From Camelus ferus (Eukaryota): DNA of 64,000 nt. The notes below the pieces were generated by a model. It saw only the letters and a list, made by a program, of their open reading frames with translations. It was not told the DNA's origin and made no database searches. Numbering within the stretch: the stretch's first letter is position 1; each line of letters begins with the position of its first letter. Below, one piece after another: positions 11,225 through 22,319 of the stretch. The stretch spans positions 29,822,001 to 29,886,000 of the forward strand of contig NC_045709.1 in the NCBI RefSeq assembly GCF_009834535.1, written 5' to 3'. A program made the position numbers and the translations under genes.

Positions 11225-12159
11225 TTGGAATTCATGAGTCGGAAATCAGTAGCACAAGTCCTTTGGTTGGTATTGTAAGGATCACTTACATTTTTCTTCT
11301 CATGTGTCCATCTCATACATACCAATCTGAATTTGGGGCTATGATCTTTAGTAAGAAAGTCAAGATAGATTTGAACTCAAGAGTATGAACGTTTGTAAAA
11401 TCATACTTGGGGATTGGAGAAAGCATATGAAAAATTAATTCCTAATGAGTAATTAAAGAAATGGCATACATAAACATGCTTTAAAAAGGTAAAGTCTTAA
11501 TTGTTTTACCTACCGCTTCTAGGTAACTGATATTAAGAGCCATAGGAAATTGCTCTTCTGTAGAGAAATATTGGCAATATCATATGATGTAACCTATTAC
11601 TCATAATTATATGCTGGATTTTTTAAATTATAGTTTCTATATGCAAAAATCTAGAGCGACACCAGCTCTTGGTGAGACAGGTAACCTGGTTCACACTAAC
11701 CCACACTCTTGTGCAGACGTGTACCTGATTTTACTGCATCCGTGAATTTTGGTGCCAGTCAGTATCCTAAAATCTCTTAAGAAAACTCCAGCTAGTTCTA
11801 TTTGAAAAACAAGCACAGTCCATGTGCTCAGCTTTCTCTCTCTGTTTGGTTTGTTTTCATAGGAATGAGTATTTTTGAAGGAACTTTTCATAGGTATGAG
11901 GCAGGCGAGAGCTTTCATTCTTTAGTGAGAGTGATGAGAGAATCATCTCGAGAGGTTACCAGTGCTCTGAAAGGAGGGGGAGGAGGGTGCATTCATACAT
12001 TCCCTGCACATTTCTTAGCCAAAGGGACTATTTCCTTTTTGGTGATTTCTAAAAATAAAAGTAGGAAAAAAACAATGGTGAAGCATGTCTGCATCACATA
12101 AAATTGCAAATCATGACATAATATAATATAATATAATATAGCTCATCTTTTCTCTAGGG

Positions 12160-13250
12160 CAGAATGTTTATACCATGTTGCTTTCCCAGGATATTTATAG
12201 ATTTCCTGAGAATGACTAATTGTTCTCCAAAATCATATTTTTAGTTTCCTTCTCCCAATCCACAGCTCTAGGAAATGTTAGACTGAAAAACTTGAGGCCT
12301 GTTGGTGGACTTCCATCTGTTGTTAGTGGTTTCATTACAAAAATGTGTGTATCAGTAGAAGAAATTTTTTAGAAAGAAGTCATTTCAACTTCGTGTCAGT
12401 TGATAGCTTTACAAGTTACCCTTCATAGTTTATTTTGTGTGAGATATATCCTTTCAGGAAAAAAAAAAATCCCTTGAAGCAATCTTACAAAAAACTGTGC
12501 TAGGATATTAAATGTATGAGGAGACTCTAAGAAAACAAACCTATGGACTGAAGCTAATGAATTATCTATGGGTCCAAGTTCAGATTTCCTAAGTTTATTT
12601 AAGAAGATGAATATATTCAGAGAAATAAATGCCATTACTGTTTCTTTGTCTGCTAACAAATGGCATTACCAGTAGATTTTATTTTGTAAGATGTGCATAT
12701 GCGTCTACCTAGGATAGCTCAGAAGATATTAATAGTCAGAAATAATGTAAATTCCAGTAATGTATTTATGAAATATATTGATGCTGTCAGTCTTTATTTA
12801 TTATACTGTGCCATGAAGTCTAGACAGAATAACAGTGCATTCTTTGTAGAGGCATGCATTTCAAAAATCATTGAATTTGCTGTAATGCCAGTCCCTGGGT
12901 CTCATTCATGAATTTTTTACAGTTGGTTTTACATTCCATCTAGAGAAAAATAATTAGCAGCATTTCCCCCCCCAATTCAACTAGAACTTTGTCTTTGGCA
13001 TGAGCAAGTAACCTTTAATTTGACTGTCGAGCTATGTCTTAGTTTTTCTCTCTTGCCTGTGCCAAGCAGTCCAATTTATTATGCAAATGTCAACAATTTC
13101 AAATATTTCCCATCTAAGAACATTTCATAGTGATACATACAGCTTGTGTCATTATACAAACATCCATTTAAGAAATTCTAATTCGTTGCAGATCCTCATT
13201 TAGCTCCTGAATAAAACCAGTACTTCTAACCCTAAAGTTTTATTGTCCAT
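12160..13250 (-). mobile_element. Decayed hAT-Charlie-type transposase coding region
   Basis: Collinear minus-strand motifs across stops and frameshifts: HLHNK, KNALL...NIF, LADKETV, FVFLESPHTFNILAQFFVR (like LDESTD..AQL..FVR), LTTDG (12313-12323) and ATWYKH. Confidence 0.55.
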
Positions 13251-14069
13251 TAGCTTAAATTGGACTTGCTTTTCTTTTTTAACCTAAAAGCCATAACTGA
13301 ATAACTTAAATGTAAGGAAAAACAGAGCTCACTCTTGACAAATCTAAAAGGACCAACTGACAGAGAATGAGGAATCTATTAAATCTTCAAAGATCTAGTT
13401 TTATGCAGCCCGACCTCCTTTGCTTGGGGCAACTCGGAATATTCAGCATCAATCATGCATTCGTTCCTCTTATGCCTGCTTCCTCTCTTGTGCCTCCTGA
13501 AGTGCAGCGGGGCGTTTGTTATGGCCATCCCTGGAACTGATTCAATACGCACTGCCACTCAACAGAAGACGCTGTATTTAAATTACAGACTCTCCAATAG
13601 TTTAAACAGGTTTATTTTCCCCTTGCCTTGCTGTTGGTCTTGTCGACAGGAAATTGATTTTTTACCTGACAGCCATCCATTTATAAAAAAAGGTGCTTTT
13701 TCCAAACTTCGTTATCATCTTTGCTGATGGTCTTATTTTCTCTGGGCTCCGTTTGTCTGCCCTGATATTTTTCTGCATGATAAGGAGGTTATCTGCCAAA
13801 TGGCACTAGACTAGGATAGACCTAGTCCCTGTCGTGGCAGCTGCTCTATTTCAGATGATCTTTTTTATCGTGTTAACTTTCCCAAAGAAAAAAACATGGT
13901 GTATGCACATTAAATGGAATTTTTTTGGAGTGTGCTTATTCAGATACACAATCAGAACTTTAGCCTTCCATCCCTGGACAGAGGAGTAACTCTTTGTAGG
14001 GAAAAGCCCTGTGTTTTTCTGGTCATGCACGCTCTGGACGCAGGCTGGCTGCTTGGAAGCCTGTCTCCA

Positions 14070-14255
14070 TAGCTTACCAGCTTGGGACTTCGGGCAGGAT
14101 ATTTAATTTCTGTGTCCTCACTTCTCAGCCACAGAACTGAGGTAGAAATATTACTTTCTTCACAGTATTGTTGTGAGGATTAAATAAGTTAGTATGAGTG
14201 AAGCTCTCAGTTTGGGGCCTGGCATGTGGAAGACACTCCATTAATGCTGGCCGTC
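14070..14255 (+). mobile_element. MIR SINE
   Basis: Core ttgttgtgaggattaaataag...gcctggcatgtggaagacactccattaatg. Confidence 0.8.
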
Positions 14256-14654
14256 CTTGCCTTTGCATCAGTGACGTTGTCTCAGGGCGCTCAAAGAATC
14301 ATGGAATATTTATTCAGTCTTGGATGTTCTGCCCATATGACTGGTGGAATGGCATTTTCATTGTATTAACCATTATTTAAAATTGCACTGATTCAATTGT
14401 CCAGTGATGTTAGTATAGACATTGAGTGACACCCAAGAAAACTTCGAGCAACACTATTCAATAATATTAAAGAACCGTATTAGTCAATTTAAACGCCAGA
14501 TCTAAACAACCTGCCTCTTACCAGGTTTGTCTTCCTGGCAAGACATGTTGTGTAGTGCAGCTGGTACAGCAATGGGTGGGGGCTCTGACCCTTATCTATA
14601 AAGTTAAATACAGGTGTACATCAACATTTCTGTTAGGGCAAAACATTGTCACAG

Positions 14655-14830
14655 CGGCTGGAATGCTGGGTTCAGATCTTGCCTGTGCCTCTTAGATGTG
14701 TCCTTGGGTTAACTACTGACGTCTCTCTTGCCTCCATTTCTTCATCTGTCAGAGAGTTGCAGGGTGAATTAGTAAAAATGTGTAAACCGCTTAGAACGAA
14801 GCTTCATTGTGGGCACAGGAAGCCTAATGC
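14655..14830 (+). mobile_element. MIR SINE
   Basis: ctgggttcagatcttgcc...gcctccatttcttcatctgt...tgtaaaccgcttagaac. Confidence 0.7.
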
Positions 14831-15528
14831 TCAGACACAGCCGTCGACAAGGAAGCCGTCTCCTTTCGTCCTTCCTTGAATGCCATGCTTCTCTAACTTT
14901 TCCTTTTACAGAGTAAAACATTAAGTTGTATAAAACCTAAATTTGTGCAAACTGGGGAAAAAGCCCTCTGTCCTTGCCTCAGTAGTCAGACTCGTCTGAA
15001 CATTCTAGATGCTGGCGTCTGTGTCCCCGTGGCTCAGGTGCCTCCAGCCACGTTGGCTGGGCTGAGGGCATCTGTATCGGTTTCACCAGCCAGAGTGTGT
15101 GCACTGTGGGTTACTGCTTCTCTCTCCTCTCTCGCCTCGCTGAGCAGGGTGGACAGGCTCTTGGGCACCTCCGGAGGCACACGCCGCAGATTCCCACCAG
15201 GACAGCCGTGGGTGGCCAGTCACAGAGAGAAACCAAACCTTTTGTTGGGCTGCTTGATAAATGCCCGTATCTGAGGAGTTGTTTACTTTTGCCCTAACAA
15301 AAAAGTTGATGTCCACCTATTTTCATACATTTTGGTGATACATTTCTATCCTACCACATTAAGAGCTCAAAATACCTGTTCTTGGGCAGTTGACAGGAGC
15401 TTAACAAAAATCACAGTAAGTTATGGTTTCTGGGTTTTCTAAAGAACATGCCTTCGTCAAGGCCTTAAATACGTTTCAAAAAATTAATGAAATGGAATCA
15501 TTAATTTTTCCCCTTTTACCCACCGCAG

Positions 15529-15589
15529 GCTGTTTTATAGAGGATTTAATCCATTGGTATGCTACCAAAGGGAAGACATGTTTTCCAAG
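15529..15589 (+). other. Candidate internal exon (61 nt) of a transcript from the CpG island
   Basis: Strong acceptor tttttccccttttacccaccgcag| and donor AAG|gtaaat; contains GACATG at 15575-15580. No expression evidence. Confidence 0.35.
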
Positions 15590-17227
15590 GTAAATTTGCT
15601 CTTGAGAAATAATCAGGCTGCTTTGGATGAATTTTGAAGTCTCTGTATTTCAAAGAAGTAGCATTTAAAGTATGAAATTATAATTGGCTATTTCTGTCAA
15701 ACTGAAAAAAGGCTCTATCCCTGTCAGTAATTAATTTTAGATATATAGTGATTCTAAAATTTTTCATCTTTTAAATTAACTGCATATTAGCACATTTTGG
15801 TCCATGAGTTTATTTTTCTTTTTTTTCCTCAAAGATGCATTAAGAGAGAAAAGCTTTTAAACAGACTTAATTAACAGCCAGAAATGATGTGATTTATTTT
15901 TGTGAATTGTATGTATGGCTGTGGTTCTTCCTGTGCCATATTTTGAATACATTAAAATATTCTTTACATTATGATGCTCTATAAAATTATGCCCAACAGC
16001 TCTGGGGAAAATAGCTATTATATCCTTAGGAAGATAAAATAATCCTCATTCCTCTGGGACTTTAACATTGAAGAGGTTTATAAACTGTAGAATGTGGGGG
16101 CTGAAACCGTTCTCCTTGTTTTCTTTTGTGTTTCTAATTAGGCACCATAAAATGCAGAGAAGAGCAGGCATGGAAAGTCATAAAAGTAAAAAGGTTGTAT
16201 ATCTTCACTGTACTTCAAATGTATATTGACCCATTTTGTCTTCAGAGTAAATAAGCTGAGGAAAACTATTAAATATATATACATGTTCATATATACATAT
16301 TTTATATATGTGATTTTTGTTAAGCTGTCAGCTTTCCAAGAAAAATTATTTTGAGCTCTTAATCTGGTGATGTAGAAATTTATCACAAAGTTGTATGAAA
16401 ATAGGTGTGCTTAGATATTTTTGTTAGTCAGAATATATAAAACATACGTGTGTGTATAGATATATATTACACAAGCATATTAGATCTAGAAATATATATG
16501 TACTTTTAGGATTGCTGTATTGGAGGCTAGTAAAAGGGTTGCTATTTCCCTGGGTTACTGCTACACACATTTTAAAACCAAACAAAGTAGATTTACTAGC
16601 GATGACATTTTAAAACAGGAACATTTAGCCGATTGGGAAGGTGAACTGATTCTCTGACTCATTTATTACCATGGCAACTCTTGGGTTCAGCAGTTTCATC
16701 CCTTGGAGGTAACCATTGGGTGCTCTCAAGTAAAGCTCAGATGATTTTGTCCTCCTTTTCTCAGGGGTGTTAAATGGAACCTATTAATAAACCAAAAAAT
16801 GGGAAGACTTAGATTTAATGTTCTGATAAGATTCAGTATCCTTGAATGCAGATGTCACTAATGGTTTATCCAGCCTAAATTTCCCCACTGATAGGTTTGC
16901 TTTGTTTCAAGCAAACTGGGGACTCATTTCCCCCTCATTTCTGTAATAGTGTAAGTTGGTCTCCCAAAAAGTGAAGGAAGCTTCTTGGTTCCTTTAAACA
17001 ATTTTACAGATTATTTCTTGCTTATAAATTTTATTAATAAAGTAAGTATATTCCTATACCTACCAACCCTGAATATTTCTGCATTAGAAGGGGCAGGGCG
17101 TGAGCGTACATGCCTCCCTTGGAGGAAGGAGGTAGAGACACACACACACACACACAAAACTGGGATTCTTTGGCAGTGCTTCCTGGACATTTTAGTGAAC
17201 AAGGACCATAATGACAAATGTTCTATC

Positions 17228-19585
17228 TTTCCATGTATAAGTGATCTCATATACTATTTGTCTTTCTCTGTCTGACTTATTTCACTAAGCATAATATTCT
17301 CTGGGTCTTTTCATGTTGCCACAAGTGGCAGAATTTCATTCTTTTTAAAGGCTGAGTAATATTTCATTGTATTATAAACCATATCTTTTTTATCCATTTG
17401 TTTGTAGATGGACACTTGGGTTGCTTCCTTGTTTTGGCTGTTGTAAATAGTGCTACTATGAACATGGGATGCATGTGTCTTTTTGAATTAGTGTTTTTGT
17501 TTTTTCCCGATGTTTATCTAGGAGTGGGATTACTGGATCATATGGTAGTTCTATTTTTAGTGTTTTCTGAGGAACTGCCATACCGTTTTNNNNNNNNNNN
17601 NNNNNNNNNNNNNNNNNNNNNNNNNNNNNNNNNNNNNNNNNNNNNNNNNNNNNNNNNNNNNNNNNNNNNNNNNNNNNNNNNNNNNNNNNNNNNNNNNNNN
17701 NNNNNNNNNNNNNNNNNNNNNNNNNNNNNNNNNNNNNNNTTTCTCAAATAATGAGTGATGTTTAGCATCTTTAAATACGACCGTTAGCTCTCTATAGGTC
17801 TTCTTTGGAAAAATGTCTATTCAGGTCTTCTGCCCATTTTTTGATTGGGTTGTTTGCTTTTTTGATATAGAGTTGTATGAGCTGTTGCTGTATTTTAGAT
17901 ATTAACCCCTTGTAGATTGTATCATTTGCAAGTATTTTCTCCCATTCTGTTTGGTCATTGATTTCCTTTGTTATGTAAAAGCTTTTCTGTTTAATTAGGC
18001 CCTATTTGTTTATTTTTGCATTTATTCCTTTTGTCATAGGAGGCAGATACCCCAAAATATTTCTATGATTTATGTCAAAGAGTGTTTTGCCTATGTTCAC
18101 TTCTAGGAATTTTATGGTTTCATGTGCTACATTGAAGTCTTTAATCCATTTGGAGTTTATTTTTGTATGTGGTGTGAGGAAATTTCCTAATACTACTTTT
18201 TTATACGTAGCTTTCCAGTTTTCCCAAGACCACTTATTGAAGAGACTCTCTTTGCTCCATTGTATATTTTTGCCTCCTTTGTCTTAGATAAATTGACCAT
18301 AGGTGCATGAGTTTATTTCTGGATTCTCTATTCTGTCGCATTGATCTGTGTGTCTCTTTTTGTGCTTGTACCATCATTTCTGATTACTGTAGGTTTCTAG
18401 TATAGTCTAAAATCAGGGAGGGTGATACCTCCAGCTTTGTTTTTTTTTTCTTAAGATTGCTTTGAAAATTCAGGGCCTTTTGTGCTTCTCTGTACATTTT
18501 AGATCATTTGTTCTAGGTCTGTGAAAAATGTCATGGGTATTTTGATAGGGAGTGCATTAAATCTGAGGTTGCCTTGAGTAGTGTGGCCACTTTAACAGTA
18601 TTAATTCTTCTAACCCAAGAGTACAGGGTATTTTTCTACTTCTCTGTATCATCTTGAGTTTCCTTCATCAGTGTTTTATAATTTTCATAGTATAGGTCTT
18701 TCACCTCCTTGGTTAAGTATATATTCCCAGGTGTTTTTATTCTTTTTGATGTGGTTTTAAATAGGATTATTTTTTTTTTGCTCTCTTTCTGGTAATTCAT
18801 TATTAATGTATAGAAAAGCAACAGATTTCTGTATGTTAATCTTATATCCTGTGAATTTACTGAATTCATCTATTATAGTTTTCTGGTGGAGACTTTAGGA
18901 TTTTCTGTTTAAAGTATCCTGTCATCTGTGATTAGTGACAGTTTTAATTCTTCCTTTCCGATTTAGATGCTTTTTATTTCCTTTTCTTGTCTGAGTGCTG
19001 TGACTAGGATNNNNNNNNNNNNNNNNNNNNNNNNNNNNNNNNNNNNNNNNNNNNNNNNNNNNNNNNNNNNNNNNNNNNNNNNNNNNNNNNNNNNNNNNNN
19101 NNNNNNNNNNNNNNNNNNNNNNNNNNNNNNNNNNNNNNNNNNNNNNNNNNNNNNNNNTCTTTCTATACCAACTCTGATGAGAGTTTTTATCATGAATGGA
19201 TGTTGAATTTTGTTAAATGTTTTTCTACAGCTATTGAGATGATCACGTGATTTTTATTCTTCAATTTGATAATGTGGTATATCACAATGACTGATTTATG
19301 AATGTTGAACCATTCTTGCATCTCTGGAATAAACCCCATTTGATCATGGCTTATGCTCCTTTTTACATGTTGTTGGATTCAGTTTGCTGATATTTTGTTG
19401 AGGATTTTTGCATCTATATTTGTCAAAGTTATTGGTTTATAATTTTCTTTTTTTGCAGTATCTTTGCCTGGTTTTAGTAATAGGGTAATGGCCTCTTAGA
19501 ATGAATTTGTGAGTGTTCTGTCCTCTTCAGTCTTTTCAAATGGTTTGAGAAGGATCAGTATTAGCTCTCCTAATATATGTTTGGT
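17228..19585 (-). mobile_element. L1 ORF2/3' region, about 2.4 kb, containing two N runs
   Basis: Continuous antisense L1 (gtctttctctgtctgacttatttcactaagcat; ggacacttgggttgcttcc; gatgttgaattttg). The X-containing ORFs are ORF2 remnants. Confidence 0.95.
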
Positions 19586-21059
19586 ATTTCCCCCTATTTT
19601 TAAAGGTTAAATTTAGATTTCCTATAACAACACAAAAATGAGTATAATTTATAGACATGGAAGATAATATCTGTTGGTAGTGGCAGAAAGGAACAGTGGT
19701 ATTTACAAAAAAAAAAAAAACAAACCAAAAAACTATGTATAGCCTGCTCTTAGTTGTATAGAATTTCCAGCAGACCTTATCAGATAAGAGCTTATGAGAA
19801 ATTCTGTCTTTTTTTTTTTTTTTTCCTGTCCAAAGCTTTCAGAGAAATAACCATAGTCTGAGTGGCTCTGGGATATGATCACAACCACAGCTTCAAGTTT
19901 TACCTTGTGTATGATCTGTGAGATTCTCTTTATGTCCAAGCGAATCACTGCCATACTGTGAACCAACAGATGTGCTGAGTACGCTGTCATGAGCCAAAAA
20001 TAGAAATCATACTTCACAGCGTTTCTCCATAGTATCTGTAGGGGATTGAGAAGATCATTGGAAATGGGCTATGGGGTTCATCTATAAACTTGTATATTAG
20101 CATTTATAATTAGCATTTGTGAGAGTTTAATTTGTCTTCCTCAACTCTACAGACTTTTCTTGAGAAATCACTAACATAAGGCAGTTACAAAAAAGCAGAG
20201 GATGTCTCTCTCCATCTTGAAGGAAAGATGGGCATCCATATATAAATATGCAAATAGTATGTTCGTGTAATTGTAAAACTGCTTAAAAATAAATTCGGTT
20301 AGTTTGGGAAGTCAGTGAAGAGAAAAAAATATTTTTATTTCTCTTCACCTGGTAAAGCACAGTTTTCTAATTTTAACTAGAAACAAAGTAGGGCCTTGTT
20401 ATTACTTCCTTTCATATTTCCAGGGTTGGGGACAGCACAGACAAGCTAAATACAGTGGGTTGGAGATACTGGAAGGGTCAGAAACGTGTGAAGTAGGCAT
20501 ACTAGGGTAAGCGAGTTGCTGTGAGGTCAGTGAGGAGCCCACCTGGTCTGGTCACCTTCCTTCCCCCTTCCCTGTGCTGTCCACCCTGAATGGGGCTGTG
20601 CAGAACTCTCATGACTGACCGTAGTCTCGAGGCTGTTTCAGATCAGTGAGTTCGGTGATGGCCATAGTAAAGCAGAACACCACGTGCAGATAACAAGGGG
20701 GCATGCTACCTTTAGAGATTAAGAAACAGTAATAGAACCCACTGCAATCTGTTTTTAAAATAACAGAGATATAAGCTTTGCAGAAAAAAAATGTATCAAG
20801 TGAAGACCACACTCATTTCCCTGTCATTATTTCATACTCCAAACACATACTAAGTTAACTAGGGCCAAATTAACTAGTTACTCTTCAGCATAAACCTATG
20901 ATGAGTTTGAGATTATTGTACAGGTTAGAGTAAACCTTCCTACTGCCATGAAGTCCAAGACACACACAAAGATGCCAAACTACAGCAGTAAAGAAGAAAT
21001 GAAATCTGAACGTCTGAGCATCAAACTGAAAAGTAGTCCTGAGCATAAGTGTTTGAGTA

Positions 21060-21370
21060 AATGGAATGTTGAAACATAGGTGGACATGTGAGTCTCGAAT
21101 TCTAAGGAAAAGTCAGGGCTGAAGACATAAGTTTTGGAGCACAATATGAAAGGCATTACAAGCTACACGACTGAATGGAATTAGCATGAAGTTAAGGGTT
21201 TATAGAAGAGAGAAGGGGCCCAAAGATAGAGCCCCTGTTGTCTCTGCTGCATTATAAGGATGAAGATTAAAAATGCAAAATGAAACTGAGAAGGATCAGC
21301 CAGTAAGTGGGAGGAGAACCAGGGCAGGGTGGTATTGGGGGACCACAAGGAAGACTGTGTTGAAGGAGAA
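21060..21370 (-). mobile_element. L2 fragment
   Basis: ggaaaagtcagggctgaagacataagttttggag...gaaactgagaaggatcagccagtaagtgggaggagaaccagg. Confidence 0.75.
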
Positions 21371-22319
21371 AGAAGTAGGGGAGGGGTTTTTGTTCCTCAT
21401 TGTTACTAATAGACCATTCTTCTTCCATAAAGATAGGCATCTGTGTCCAGTTCTTCTGACAGCACAGAAAAATAAGATGGAAATGTTGATCTTAGGTTTT
21501 GGTAACGTGCAGCTCATTGAGTTCATTCATAGTAACGTATTTGATCACAGAGTAGAGGTGAATTTGATTAGAATGAATCCAAGAGACACACAGGAGGGAA
21601 AATTATCTGGGAGTGAGGATGAGAAGCTCGGAGATCATGCACCTCATTTCCAGACTCAGGTGTGTGCTCGTGGGAGAAAGACAGGTGACCCTGAGGGGGC
21701 CACAGAGGAAGCAGGCTTTGAGCTTCTGTTCTCACCAAGGCCTCATTCCCTCTGGAATCCCCAGTTCAAAGACATGAAAGATAAAATGTGAAAGGCATTC
21801 TGCATTTTCTTTTTTGGATAAAATACATAACATTATAATCCTGTTGTTTCCACCCAATTAGTATTTGGCCAACATGAAATTACCTGACTCAATAATGTGG
21901 TAAAAGGCATTGTGTGAAACGATGGTTCTGCCCTCTCTCCTCCTCCCTTTCTACTCCTGGTGGGTCTATTGAGACCCATCAGGTAAATGTTTACCTTGGC
22001 TAACCTCTGAATATTAGTTGATCCTATGCAAGGCTGAAACACCAGTGCTTCCCAGAATGCTGAAGTTGTGGAGCATGAGAAAAATCACATTTAATGTGAC
22101 TTCTTTCTTCAGTAGTGAACCATACTTAGCCATAACCCAAATAAACATTTAATTGGAGAAAACGATAATTATGACTTCACCCAGCACATACACACACACG
22201 CATGTATACATGTTATACCACCCACATACATAAACTCATATAGAACATTTGAATAATAAAAACAAAACAAAGAACAATAGGGCCATTTAATTATATAGCT
22301 TTGAGCCTGCTGTATGGTA

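Noticed and set aside
17398-19206. ORFs containing X runs
   Set aside because: L1 ORF2 remnants read through N-masked bases; the same applies near 28960, 40680 and 56400.
21273-21791. Longest listed ORF, 172 aa
   Set aside because: It starts inside a purine-rich antisense L2 fragment, has no recognisable domain, and lacks supporting splice or promoter context.
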